From positions 60,158 to 124,157 of the forward strand of contig CBDEFM010000001.1 of the NCBI GenBank assembly GCA_965237415.1: a stretch of DNA of 64,000 nt, read 5' to 3'. This document shows positions 1 to 9,507 of the stretch, one piece after another. Position numbers and translations under genes: made by a program. This DNA is from Alphaproteobacteria bacterium (GTDB lineage: Bacteria; Pseudomonadota; Alphaproteobacteria; UBA828). Every line of letters starts with the position of its first letter. The stretch's first letter is position 1. The notes under the pieces are model-generated. The model worked only from the letters and a program-made list of their open reading frames with translations, ran no database searches and was not told the DNA's origin.

Positions 1-885
1 GTCGAAGTCGATCCCCGCCTCGTTCGCGATCGCGGGCAGGTGCAGCCCGGCGTTGGTCGAGCCGCCGGTCGCCGCCACCACGGTCGCCGCGTTCTCCATC
101 GCCTTTCGGGTGACGATGTCGCGCGGGCGGAGGTTCTTCTCGATCAGGTCCATGACGCAGGTGCCCGAGGCCACGGCGAACTCATCGCGGGATTCGTAGA
201 CCGCCGGCGCGCCGGCGGAGTGCGGCAACGCAAGGCCGATCGCCTCCGAGACGCAGGCCATGGTGTTGGCGGTGAACTGCCCGCCGCAGGAGCCGCCGGA
301 AGGACACGCCACCGCCTCGATCTCGGCCAGGTCCTCCTCCGTGACGTCGCCCTCGTTGAGCTTGCCGTAATATTCGTAGACATCCATCACCGTGACGTCC
401 CTGCCCCGAAAGCGCCCCGGCAGGATGGAGCCGCCATAGAGGAAGACGCCCGGCACGTTGAGCCGCACCAGCGCCATCATCATGCCCGGCAGCGACTTGT
501 CGCAGCCGGCGATGCCCACCAGCGCGTCATAGGAGTGCCCGCGCATGGTGAGCTCCACCGAGTCCGCAATCACGTCGCGGGAGACGAGCGACGACTTCAT
601 GCCCTGATGGCCCATGGCGATGCCGTCGGTCACCGTGATCGTGGTAAACTCGCGCGGGGTGCCGCCCGCCTCGTCCACGCCCGCCTTCGCCGCCTGCGCC
701 TGTCGGCGGAGCGTGATGTTGCAGGGCGCAGTCTCGTTCCAGGTGGTCGCGACGCCCACGATGGGCCGGCTCATCGCCTGGCGGGAGACGCCCATGGCGT
801 AGAAGAACGCCCTGTGCCCGGCGCTCTTGGCCCCCTCGGTGATGTGCCTGCTCGGCAGCTTCGACTTGTCGAATTTCGTGCTCAT
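1..885 (-). CDS. ilvD: dihydroxy-acid dehydratase, N-terminal 295 codons (3' end runs off the window)
   Basis: Not in ORF track because there is no stop in the window. My reverse translation from ATG (complement of 883-885) gives [32 protein letters not shown]..., and later GIAGCDKS (Fe-S Cys motif of the IlvD/Edd family). The frame is open to position 1. Confidence 0.88.
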   Translation of the reverse strand, partial: MSTKFDKSKLPSRHITEGAKSAGHRAFFYAMGVSRQAMSRPIVGVATTWNETAPCNITLRRQAQAAKAGVDEAGGTPREFTTITVTDGIAMGHQGMKSSLVSRDVIADSVELTMRGHSYDALVGIAGCDKSLPGMMMALVRLNVPGVFLYGGSILPGRFRGRDVTVMDVYEYYGKLNEGDVTEEDLAEIEAVACPSGGSCGGQFTANTMACVSEAIGLALPHSAGAPAVYESRDEFAVASGTCVMDLIEKNLRPRDIVTRKAMENAATVVAATGGSTNAGLHLPAIANEAGIDFD

Positions 886-1042
886 GGCGCCCTTCCCCCC
901 AACGCACCGCCCCAGTTGCGGGGCGGCGCTGCATCTGCCGCGCGGACCCGCCCGTCAGGCCGGGCCCGCCGGCGCACGGCTTACTCGCCCCCGTGGGCTG
1001 CGGTCAAGCCACGAACATCGCCCCGGCGATGTCAACACGCCG

Positions 1043-3694
1043 TTACGGCGCCGCGATACGCTCCAGCGCCGCCTTGAGCCGGGCCTCCGCCGTGCGCGCC
1101 TCGTCCAGCCGGCCGCGCTGCTCCTCGACCACGTGCGCCGGCGCCCGGGCGAGGAACTGCTCGTTATCGAGCTTGCGCTGGAGCGCGGCCATCTCCTTGC
1201 CCACCTTGCCGAGCTCCCGGTCGAGCCTCGCACGCTCCTTGTCGAACTCGATGACGCCAGCGAGCGGGAGCACGATCGTCGCCTCGTCCAGCATCATCTG
1301 CACCGAGCCGGACGGCACCTCGCCATCCAGCGGCGCGGCTCCGCTCAGCCGCGCGAGGCGCTCGATCACCTCCCGGTGGCGGGTGAGGCGCGCCGCCGTC
1401 TCCGGCCCGGCCCCGCGCAGCCCGAGCGCGATGCGCGCGCCTGCGGGAACGTTCATCTCGGCACGCACGGCGCGCACCGCGGTGACGAGCCGCACCACCC
1501 AGTCCATCTCCCGCGAGGCGGCGGGATCGCCGATGCCGTCGGCGGGCGCGGGCCAGGGCGCCGTGATGAGCGTGCCCGCCCGCCCCTCGTCGATCCGGCC
1601 CCAAAGCTCCTCCGAGACGAAGGGCATGAAGGGATGGAGGAGGCCGAGGATCGTGTCCAACACCCAGGCGGCCGTGGAGCGGGTTTCGTCCTTCGCCGGC
1701 CCGTCGGGACCGGAAAGCGTCGGCTTGGAGAACTCCAGGTACCAGTCGCAGAAGACATCCCAGGTGAAGTGGTAGACCGCGCCCGCCGCCGCGTCGAAGC
1801 GGTAGGCATCGAGCGCTCCGGTCACCTCGCGGGCGGCGCGGGCGGCCTCGCCCACGATCCAGCGGTTGATCTGGCCCTCGGCTTGGGCGGGGTCGAAACC
1901 GGGCACGGGCGAGCACCCGTTCGCCTCGCAAAAGCGCGCAGCGTTCCAGAGCTTGGTGGCGAAATTGCGGTAGCCGGCGACGCGGCTCTCGGCGAGCTTG
2001 ATGTCCCGGCCCTGCGCCTCCATCGCCGCCAGCGTGAAGCGGAGCGCGTCGGCGCCATACTCGTCGATCAACGCGAGCGGGTCGATCACGTTCCCCTTGC
2101 TCTTGGACATCTTCTGCCCCGTCGCGTCGCGCACCAGCGCATGGATGTAGACGGTGCGGAAGGGGACATCGCCCATGAAGTGAAGCCCAAGCATCGCCAT
2201 CCGGGCGACCCAGAAAAAAATGATGTCGAAGCCGGTGATCAGGTCGCTGTTCGGATAGTAGGTCTCGAGCGGCTCGGTGCGCTCGGGCCAGCCGAGGGTT
2301 GAGAACGGCCAGAGGCCCGAGCTGAACCAGGTGTCCAGCACGTCCTCGTCGCGCGTGAGCGGCTTGGGCCTGCCGTAGTGCTGCGCCGCCTGCTCTTCCG
2401 CTTCGGCCTCGGTGGCGGCGACGAAGACGTGGCCGTCGGGGCCGTACCACGCCGGGATGCGATGGCCCCACCAGAGCTGGCGCGAGATGCACCAGGGCTG
2501 GATGTTGCGCATCCACTCGAAATACGTGTTCTCCCAACGCGCGGGCACAAAGCGGATGCGGCCGTCCTCTACCGCCTCGATCGCGGGCTCGGCGAGGGTC
2601 TTGGCATCGACGTACCACTGATCGGTCAGCCACGGCTCGATGACCGCGCCCGAGCGGTCGCCGTGGGGCACGGTGTGGACGTGCGGCTCCACCTTTTCGA
2701 TCAGACCTTCGGCCTCCAGATCGGCGAGCACGCGCTCGCGCGCCTCCATGCGGTCGAGGCGGCGATAGGCCTCGGGCGCGTTCTCGTTGATCCGGGCCTC
2801 GGCGTCGAACACGTTGACGATGTCGAGGTCGTGGCGGCGGCCCACCTCGAAATCGTTGAAGTCGTGGGCCGGGGTAATCTTCACCGCACCGGAGCCCTGG
2901 GCGGGATCGGCGTAGTCGTCGGCGACGACGGGCAAGCGGCGGCCGACGAGCGGCAGCAGGGCGTCGCTGCCGACGAGGCCCCGGTAACGCTCATCCTCCG
3001 GGTGCACGGCGACGGCGGTATCGCCCAGCATGGTCTCGGGCCGGGTGGTGGCGACGACGATGTGCTCCCCGGGCCGGCCTGCGATGGGATAGCGGACGTG
3101 CCAGAGCTTGCCGTCCCGCATCTCGCGCTGTTCGACCTCCAGGTCGGAGATCGCGGTGCCCAGCACCGGGTCCCAGTTGACCAGGCGCTTGTCGCGATAG
3201 ATGAGGCCCTGGCGGTAGAGGGTGACGAACACCTTGATCACCGCCAGGCTCAGGCCCTCGTCCATGGTGAAGCGCTCCCTGGCCCAGTCGGGGGAGGCGC
3301 CGAGGCGGCGGAGCTGGCGCCCGATCGCGCCGCCCGATTCCGCCTTCCAGGACCACACCCGCTCGATGAACGCCTCGCGGCCGAGGGCACGGCGTTCCGT
3401 CCCCTCCTCCGCCAGCTGGCGCTCGACCACCATCTGCGTCGCGATCCCCGCATGGTCCATGCCCGGCTGCCAGAGCGCGTTGCGCCCGGTCTTGCGGCGA
3501 TAGCGGGTGAGCACATCCTGCAACGTGTTGTTGAGCGCATGCCCCATGTGCAGGCTGCCGGTGACGTTGGGCGGCGGCATCATCACGCACCACGGCACGC
3601 TCTCGCCGGGCCGGCCGGCGAAGCCGCCGCTCTTCTCCCAGAGATCGTATAGACGGCCCTCGAAATCGGCAGGCCGATAGGTCTTCTCAAGCAT
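1043..3694 (-). CDS. valS: valine--tRNA ligase
   Basis: ORF 1043..3817 trimmed to Met42 (ATG at 3694, MLEKTYRP...). Class-I aaRS motifs PNVTGSLHMGH (HIGH) and KMSKSKGN (KMSKS); long C-terminal coiled-coil tail typical of ValRS; 883 aa. Confidence 0.95.
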   Translation of the reverse strand: MLEKTYRPADFEGRLYDLWEKSGGFAGRPGESVPWCVMMPPPNVTGSLHMGHALNNTLQDVLTRYRRKTGRNALWQPGMDHAGIATQMVVERQLAEEGTERRALGREAFIERVWSWKAESGGAIGRQLRRLGASPDWARERFTMDEGLSLAVIKVFVTLYRQGLIYRDKRLVNWDPVLGTAISDLEVEQREMRDGKLWHVRYPIAGRPGEHIVVATTRPETMLGDTAVAVHPEDERYRGLVGSDALLPLVGRRLPVVADDYADPAQGSGAVKITPAHDFNDFEVGRRHDLDIVNVFDAEARINENAPEAYRRLDRMEARERVLADLEAEGLIEKVEPHVHTVPHGDRSGAVIEPWLTDQWYVDAKTLAEPAIEAVEDGRIRFVPARWENTYFEWMRNIQPWCISRQLWWGHRIPAWYGPDGHVFVAATEAEAEEQAAQHYGRPKPLTRDEDVLDTWFSSGLWPFSTLGWPERTEPLETYYPNSDLITGFDIIFFWVARMAMLGLHFMGDVPFRTVYIHALVRDATGQKMSKSKGNVIDPLALIDEYGADALRFTLAAMEAQGRDIKLAESRVAGYRNFATKLWNAARFCEANGCSPVPGFDPAQAEGQINRWIVGEAARAAREVTGALDAYRFDAAAGAVYHFTWDVFCDWYLEFSKPTLSGPDGPAKDETRSTAAWVLDTILGLLHPFMPFVSEELWGRIDEGRAGTLITAPWPAPADGIGDPAASREMDWVVRLVTAVRAVRAEMNVPAGARIALGLRGAGPETAARLTRHREVIERLARLSGAAPLDGEVPSGSVQMMLDEATIVLPLAGVIEFDKERARLDRELGKVGKEMAALQRKLDNEQFLARAPAHVVEEQRGRLDEARTAEARLKAALERIAAP

Positions 3695-3767
3695 CGTCGT
3701 CTCGTAACCGTTTCGGGAGGATGGGGCTAGTACGGAGGTAGGCGTGAAAGCACCCTTGGGGAACGTC

Positions 3768-4205
3768 TCACTCGGGCTCGGAGCGGCGCGTAGCTCGTTC
3801 GAGCTCGCGCTGTACAAGGCGCTCGACGATCGGCGGCATGTGCGTGTCGAGCCACGTCTGGAGCATCGGCCTGAGCGCCTCCAACATTTGCTCGTCAGTG
3901 GCCTTGCTGCCTTCGCCGGCCGGCCGGGGCGGTCGCTCGCCGGAGGGCGGAAACGAGAACGCTGGCGCGCCCTCGGCGGCCTGTCCTCGCTGGATCACAT
4001 TGCCCTGCTCGTCGACCACGTCGATCAGATCGAGCACGTCATCGCCTCCGGAAGGCTTGGTCGCGGGCGGGGGCGAAGGTGGGGCCAAGGTCGCTGCATC
4101 TGCGTCCGCGCTCCGCCCGCGGCTCTCGCCCTCCGAGACGATCTGGCCGATCGACTCCAGGATCTGCTCCTTCGATAGGTCGTCGCTGGGCTTTCGGTTG
4201 GTCAT
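3768..4205 (-). CDS. popZ: PopZ-like pole-organizing protein (DUF2497 family)
   Basis: 145 aa. N-terminal KEQILESIGQIVSE, Pro/acidic-rich linker and C-terminal LEALRPMLQTWLDTHMPPIVERLVQRELER match the three-part layout and conserved ends I recall for Caulobacter PopZ. Lies directly upstream of valS. Confidence 0.75.
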   Translation of the reverse strand: MTNRKPSDDLSKEQILESIGQIVSEGESRGRSADADAATLAPPSPPPATKPSGGDDVLDLIDVVDEQGNVIQRGQAAEGAPAFSFPPSGERPPRPAGEGSKATDEQMLEALRPMLQTWLDTHMPPIVERLVQRELERATRRSEPE

Positions 4206-4307
4206 GGCCCCGTGCCGGCGGGCGCGTGACGCGGCTCGGCTCCGAGCCTAGGTTATTCCGGTCACGATTGCCACCTCGCGCACCGATTCCGGGCAGCGGC
4301 GGTCGCC

Positions 4308-4790
4308 TTGGGCCGCCCCTTGGCTTATAATGTTCGGAGAGAGTCGCTTGAGAAGGAGCGGGACCACTTGCCGATATCCACGCTGGAACAGCGCTGCGGC
4401 GAAATCGGCCTGAAGATGACCGAACAGAGGCGCGTGATCGCGCGCGTCCTCTCGGATGCGTCGGATCATCCCGACGTCGAGGGACTCTACCGGCGCGCTA
4501 CCGAGATCGACCCCCGCATCAGCCTGGCGACGGTCTATCGCACGGTCCGCCTCTTCGAGGAGTGCGGCCTGCTGGAACGCCATGACTTCCGCGACGGGCG
4601 GTCGCGCTACGAAGAGCACCCCGACGAGCACCACGACCATCTGATCGACCTGACGTCGGGCAAGGTGGTGGAATTCCAGAACGAGGAGATCGAGGCGCTT
4701 CAGGCCGCCGTCGCCAAGGCGCTCGGCTACAAGCTCGTGGATCACCGGTTGGAGCTCTACGCTGTCCCGCTGGAAACGCCCGAGGATTGA
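4308..4790 (+). CDS. Fur-family metalloregulator (Fur/Mur/Irr-like)
   Basis: ORF starts at TTG 4308. An in-frame TTG at 4368, preceded by AAGGAG, is an alternative start. Winged-helix segment LATVYRTVRLFEECGLL and metal-site HPDEHHDHLID are Fur hallmarks. No CxxC pairs, as in alphaproteobacterial members. Confidence 0.85.
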   Translation: MGRPLAYNVRRESLEKERDHLPISTLEQRCGEIGLKMTEQRRVIARVLSDASDHPDVEGLYRRATEIDPRISLATVYRTVRLFEECGLLERHDFRDGRSRYEEHPDEHHDHLIDLTSGKVVEFQNEEIEALQAAVAKALGYKLVDHRLELYAVPLETPED

Positions 4791-4805
4791 CGTACGAAGA
4801 AGCCC

Positions 4806-5588
4806 ATGACCGACGATGATTTCATCATGGCCGGGATCGTCGCCGGGAGCCTTGAGGTGCGCCTGGCGCGCTCACCGGCTGAGGTAGACGCCGTCCAGGC
4901 GCTGCGCTATCGCGTGTTCTACGAGGAGATGGCGGCCGACCCGAGCAGCGAGATGGCGGCGCGCGAGCGCGACTTCGACCGCTTCGATGCTTATTCCGAC
5001 CATCTGCTTGTGATCGACCACGACCGCAGCGCCGGCGACAAGGTGGTCGGCACCTATCGCCTGCTCAGACGTTCGGTGGCGGACGCGCACGGCGGCTTCT
5101 ATTCGTCCTGGGAGTACGACATCGACACGATCGTGGCCCATCCCGGCGAGATTCTGGAGCTCGGCCGCTCCTGCGTCGATCCCGCGTACCGCAACGGCAC
5201 CACGATGACCCTGCTCTGGCGGGGCAACGCGACCTACGTGATGCACTACGACGTTCCGATCATGTTCGGCTGCGCCAGCTTCCCGGGTACGGACCCGGCG
5301 GCGCATGCGGCACCGCTCTCCTACCTTCATCACTTCCACCGCGCGCCGCCGGCGCTTTGCCCGCGCGCGAGGGACGAGCACTACGTCAATATGAACCTGA
5401 TGCCGAAGGATGCGGTGGACAGGCGCGCCGCGCTCAAGGCGGTGCCGCCCTTGATCAAGGGCTATCTCCGGCTTAGTGGCTTCGTGGGCGACGGTGCGGT
5501 CATCGACCGGCAATGGGGCAGCGTCGATGTCAGCATCGTCGTCAAGACCGACCTCGTGACACAGCGCTACCTGGACAAGCTCACATGA
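4806..5588 (+). CDS. olsB: ornithine N-acyltransferase (GNAT/hemolysin-like, OlsB type)
   Basis: 260 aa; GTYRLL and ILELGRSCV motifs of the OlsB/COG3176 family. ATGA stop-start overlap with the following PlsC-type acyltransferase. Confidence 0.8.
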   Translation: MTDDDFIMAGIVAGSLEVRLARSPAEVDAVQALRYRVFYEEMAADPSSEMAARERDFDRFDAYSDHLLVIDHDRSAGDKVVGTYRLLRRSVADAHGGFYSSWEYDIDTIVAHPGEILELGRSCVDPAYRNGTTMTLLWRGNATYVMHYDVPIMFGCASFPGTDPAAHAAPLSYLHHFHRAPPALCPRARDEHYVNMNLMPKDAVDRRAALKAVPPLIKGYLRLSGFVGDGAVIDRQWGSVDVSIVVKTDLVTQRYLDKLT

Positions 5589-6394
5589 TCGCCTTCGCGG
5601 TGCTGCTCCGCTTCTTCGGCTGGACCGTCTGCCTGGTCCCGTTTCAGCTGGTTCTCATGGCGATCCGGGCGCCGCTTGCCAAACGTCTGCCCGTGGTCTG
5701 GCACCGGGGCGTGTGCCGCATCTTCGGATTCAGGATCGAGCGGTACGGTACGGTGTCGCGGACCGTGCCCACCCTCTTCGTCTGCAACCACACGTCCTAC
5801 CTCGACATCAGCGCGCTTGGCGCCGTAGTGCCGGGAAGCTTCGTCGCCAAGGCCGAAGTGCGCAGCTGGCCGATGTTCGGCTTCCTCGCCAGGATGCAGC
5901 GGACCGTGTTCGTGGAGCGCCGCGCGTCGCGCACCGCTCACCATCTCGACGACATGACCGCGCGGCTCGAGGCGGGCGACAACCTGATCCTGTTCCCGGA
6001 GGGCACCAGCAACGACGGCAACAGGGTGCTGCCGTTCAAGAGCGCCTTCTTCGGCATCGCCGAGAAGCCGGTCAGGAGCAAGCCGCTCGTGGTTCAGCCG
6101 GTCTCGATCGCCTACACGCGGCTGAACGGGATCCCCATGGGGCGGCCCTACAGGCCCTTCTACGCCTGGTACGGCGACATGGAGCTCGCGAGTCATCTGT
6201 GGACCGTGGCCGGCCTCGGCAACGCCACGATCGCCATTCAGTTTCACCCCCCGGTGACCATCGAGCAGTTCCGCTCCCGCAAGGAAATGGCCGAGGCCTG
6301 CCAGATCGCGATCGCCGACGGGGTCTCTCGCGCGATCAGCGGCAAGCTCTCGCCGCCGATCAGAAAACGCTTCTGGGCACCGAGACCCGCCTGA
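5585..6394 (+). CDS. olsA: lyso-ornithine lipid O-acyltransferase (PlsC family)
   Basis: Start set at ATG 5585, which overlaps the olsB stop. Acyltransferase motifs NHTSYLD (HX4D) and FPEGTS; N-terminal membrane helix. Pairing with olsB supports the call. Confidence 0.8.
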   Translation: MIAFAVLLRFFGWTVCLVPFQLVLMAIRAPLAKRLPVVWHRGVCRIFGFRIERYGTVSRTVPTLFVCNHTSYLDISALGAVVPGSFVAKAEVRSWPMFGFLARMQRTVFVERRASRTAHHLDDMTARLEAGDNLILFPEGTSNDGNRVLPFKSAFFGIAEKPVRSKPLVVQPVSIAYTRLNGIPMGRPYRPFYAWYGDMELASHLWTVAGLGNATIAIQFHPPVTIEQFRSRKEMAEACQIAIADGVSRAISGKLSPPIRKRFWAPRPA

Positions 6395-6424
6395 ATCGCC
6401 CTCGCCGGCGAGGGCAGCCGGCAC

Positions 6425-6901
6425 GATCGCCCGGCGCAAGGTGAGCGCGTCCACGGCCTCGGTCTGCGGTCTGAAGTAATAGCTGGGGCGGCGTCCGACG
6501 GGAGCGAATCCCAAGGCACGGTACAGGCGCAGTGCGGCGGTATTGTCTTCCGCGACTTCGAGATAGAGAGCGCGGAGGTCGCGCCGGCTCACCCAATCGA
6601 TCGCCGCATGCATCAGGGCGCGGGCGATGCCGCGCTCGCGCGCGGAAGGCGCCACGCCGAGCGACAGCACCTCGGCGCGTGCGTGGTTCGTACGGCCGAG
6701 AACGAAGCCCAGCGGCTCGTCCTCGCAGCGCCAGAGCAGGCCGAAGCCACCCGGAGCCTGTGCGATGCGGCCGATCAGCTCGGGCCGCCACGGTTCGTCG
6801 AAACAGCAGGCGTGGAGCGCCGCAACGGCGGAGAGGTCGCCCCCGCGGATCTCCGCGATCGACGCTGCCGCGATCGCCGGCGGATCACCCACGAGGGGCA
6901 T
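6425..6901 (-). CDS. rimI: ribosomal-protein-alanine N-acetyltransferase (GNAT); end coordinate is the end of the recognisable domain, not a stop codon
   Basis: ATG at 6901 (MPLVGDPPAI...). GNAT core LSLGVAPSARERGIARALM and ALRLYRALGF. Overlaps the tsaB stop by 17 nt, the usual tsaB-rimI pairing. The frame has no stop until 5567 (see findings). Confidence 0.75.
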
Positions 6902-7601
6902 TTCCTCCGGTGGGCCGGGCCTTGGGCCGCGCACCGGCCTCGCGCAGGTAAAGAGGTCGCACGGGCGCCGCAACGCCCCCCTCGGCCTCGGCCTCCGCCT
7001 CGGCACGGGCGGCGGCGCAGCGGACGAGCACGCGCGCATCGGGCGTTGGGGAGCCGCTTGCCGGGCGTGCCTCGATCGCAGGTGCTAACGCCGCAAGCGC
7101 GACCTCTTGCCCGGTTCCCACCACGACAAGTGGACTGCCGTTCCCCGCCGCCACGAACCCAGGCAACGCCTCGGCCGCCAGCGCCTGCGGCGGGCAGAGC
7201 GCGCGCAGCGAACGGTCGAAGAGCTGGGCATAGAGGCGTCCCCGCCCCGCATCGAGAGCAGCGAGAACCGGCCCGTCGCGCTCACCGGCAGGAACGCCGG
7301 CAGCGAGAACCTCGAGCGTGGAAAGCCCGATCAAGGGCCGCTTCAGAGCGAGGGCGAGACCGCGCGCGGTTGCCAGGCCGATCCGAATTCCGGTGAAGGA
7401 GCCGGGGCCGACCGTGACCGCGAACCGGTCGATCGCAGCGAGCGTCGTGCCCCCCTCGGCCGCGACCTCGCGCAGCATGGGCACGAGCGCCTCCGCATGC
7501 CTGCCGCCGGCCTCGATGCGCCTGTGGGCGGTCACCTCGCCCTCGGCCCAGAGCGCGGCCGAGCAGGCCGTCGTCGCCGTGTCGAACCCGAGTAGCCTCA
7601 T
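6885..7601 (-). CDS. tsaB: tRNA t6A37 threonylcarbamoyl transfer protein TsaB (YeaZ)
   Basis: ORF 6885..7745 trimmed to ATG 7601: MRLLGFDTATTACSAALW..., then GPGSFTGIRIG, typical of TsaB. 238 aa. Confidence 0.88.
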   Translation of the reverse strand: MRLLGFDTATTACSAALWAEGEVTAHRRIEAGGRHAEALVPMLREVAAEGGTTLAAIDRFAVTVGPGSFTGIRIGLATARGLALALKRPLIGLSTLEVLAAGVPAGERDGPVLAALDAGRGRLYAQLFDRSLRALCPPQALAAEALPGFVAAGNGSPLVVVGTGQEVALAALAPAIEARPASGSPTPDARVLVRCAAARAEAEAEAEGGVAAPVRPLYLREAGARPKARPTGGNAPRG

Positions 7602-7743
7602 CCGTGCGGAGCCATTCGCCAATTGCTGCCTTGCGTCCGCTCGTGGCGCTCTAGCACCCGCGCGGCTGCGGCCGCAACCATGCATCGCCGGACAAACCGG
7701 TGCTATTGTGGCGAATGCTCCCGGTCGCAACGCGACGACACCC

Positions 7744-8307
7744 ATGACCGGCCTGATCGAGATCGCTCCGCCTCGCTTCGACGTGTCGCTGGCGCTTGCC
7801 TACGCCAGCGACGACAACATCACGGGCCGCCGCATCTACCGCAGGGCAGCCTGCTACCTCCACGCCGACGCCGCGGCGCTGCTCGACCGCGCCATCGATC
7901 TCGCCGGCGCGCAGGGCCTGAAACTCGTTATCTTCGACGGCTATCGCCCGGTCGAAGCGCAATGGGCGCTCTGGCAGCAGTGCCCGGACCCGACCTTCCT
8001 TGCGGACCCAAGACGCGGCTCGCCGCACTCGCGGGGCGTCGCGGTCGATCTCAGCCTTGCGGATCGGGAGACCGGCGCGACGCTCGACATGGGCACCGGC
8101 TTCGACGATCTGACGCCGCGCGCATTCCACGGCAGCGCCGCACCGACGCCGGCTGCACAGCGCAACCGGATGCTGCTGCTCGGCCTGATGGCGTCGGCCG
8201 GCTGGGATCACTATCTCAACGAATGGTGGCACTACCAGATGTTCACGCCCCGCCGTTATCCCCTGCTCTGGGATACCGCTGCGGGCACCGGGTTGATGGC
8301 ACCGTGA
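7744..8307 (+). CDS. ddpX: D-alanyl-D-alanine dipeptidase (peptidase M15D, VanX/DdpX-like)
   Basis: In-frame ATG 7744 inside ORF 7318..8307. SPHSRGVAVDL and EWWHY motifs (Zn-ligand and catalytic residues of VanX-type dipeptidases). 187 aa, no signal peptide. Confidence 0.8.
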   Translation: MTGLIEIAPPRFDVSLALAYASDDNITGRRIYRRAACYLHADAAALLDRAIDLAGAQGLKLVIFDGYRPVEAQWALWQQCPDPTFLADPRRGSPHSRGVAVDLSLADRETGATLDMGTGFDDLTPRAFHGSAAPTPAAQRNRMLLLGLMASAGWDHYLNEWWHYQMFTPRRYPLLWDTAAGTGLMAP

Positions 8308-9341
8308 CGATCCGCTCGCTCTTCCTCTCCGGTCGCTCCATGTGCATCGCACTGGCCACCGCAATCATCGTTGCAACCGGCAGCACCGCGGCGCTTGCCG
8401 CCGATTCCGCCGTCCTCCTGATCTACCACCGGTTCGGCGAGGACTCGTACCCGTCGACGAGCGTCACGATCGCCCAGCTCGAGGCGCACATCGAGCACCT
8501 CGCGAGCGGTGGCTACAGCGTGCTGCCGGTTCCGGAGATTCTCGCGGCGATCGATGCCGGCCAGCCACTGCCGGAGCGTACCGTCGGCATCACCGTCGAC
8601 GACGCGACGCGCTCGACCTTCGAGGAAGCGTGGCCGCGATTCGAGGAGGCGGGTTTCCCGTTCACCGTCTTCGTCTCCACCGACGCGGTGGATCAGGGCC
8701 ACGCCGGCATCATGAGCTGGGACGAACTGCGCCAACTGGTCGCGGCGGGCGTGACCATCGGCAATCACAGCGCCGCGCACGGCTACATGTGGCGCGGGGA
8801 CGACGCGGAGAACCGAGCCGACCTGCTGCGCGCGCAGCGGCGGATCAAGGAGAAGCTCGGCGTGGATGCCGCGCTCTTCGCCTATCCCTACGGCGAATGG
8901 AACGGCGCAGTTCGTGAGCTTGTCGCGGAGCTCGGATTCACCGCGGCCTTCGGCCAGCACTCAGGCGTCGTCGCGGCGCATTCGGACAGGCTCAACCTCC
9001 CGCGCTTCGCCTTGAATGAGAGCTTCGGAGACATCGACCGCTTCAGGTTGATCGCAGATACCCTGCCGCTCGGCGCCCGCGCCGTGACACCGACGGATCA
9101 GATCATCGTGGAGAATCCGCCGACGGTCGGTTTCACGATCGAGCCGCCCCTGCCTAACCCCGCCTCCCTCGCCTGCTATGCCTCGGGTGGCGTTGATGCC
9201 ACGCTCGACCACAAGGACGGCGGCCGCGTCGAGGTGCAGTTCGACCGGCCCTTCCCGACCGGACGGGCCCGGCTCAACTGTACCGCCCCCGCCAAGGGCG
9301 GGCGCTGGCACTGGTTTGGGCTTCAGTTCGTGGCGCCGTAG
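8304..9341 (+). CDS. secreted polysaccharide deacetylase (NodB-homology domain) with C-terminal extension
   Basis: GTG 8304 overlaps the ddpX stop (GTGA); ATG 8340 is an alternative start. Signal-like N-terminus ...CIALATAIIVATGSTAALAA. NodB motifs ITVDDA and NHSAAH. Confidence 0.8.
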   Translation: MTIRSLFLSGRSMCIALATAIIVATGSTAALAADSAVLLIYHRFGEDSYPSTSVTIAQLEAHIEHLASGGYSVLPVPEILAAIDAGQPLPERTVGITVDDATRSTFEEAWPRFEEAGFPFTVFVSTDAVDQGHAGIMSWDELRQLVAAGVTIGNHSAAHGYMWRGDDAENRADLLRAQRRIKEKLGVDAALFAYPYGEWNGAVRELVAELGFTAAFGQHSGVVAAHSDRLNLPRFALNESFGDIDRFRLIADTLPLGARAVTPTDQIIVENPPTVGFTIEPPLPNPASLACYASGGVDATLDHKDGGRVEVQFDRPFPTGRARLNCTAPAKGGRWHWFGLQFVAP

Positions 9342-9374
9342 AGCGAGTCCGATGGCGGCGAGTGCCGCCCCTGG

Positions 9375-9507
9375 CTAGTCACCTGAATCTGAAGTTCGCC
9401 ACATAAAGACAACTATATTGCACGACCACATTCTTCGACAATAGAGCGACTTAGTGTGACGACACTGCCAATTGAAAATGATCTCAACTTCAGTGTCAGG
9501 TGACTAG
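9375..9507. repeat. 133-bp AT-rich element bounded by 22-bp imperfect inverted repeats
   Basis: Left arm 9375-9396 is CTAGTCACCTGAATCTGAAGTT. Right arm 9486-9507 is AACTTCAGTGTCAGGTGACTAG, matching 20 of 22 positions as reverse complement. The 89-nt interior is about 43% G+C by my count. The right arm overlaps the stop codon of the downstream convergent gene. Confidence 0.7.

Noticed and set aside
907-926. Hairpin CCGCCCC-agttgc-GGGGCGG between valS and ilvD as an intrinsic terminator.
   Set aside because: There is no U-tract on the transcribed (minus) strand. It may be only a stabilising structure, so it is not listed as a feature.
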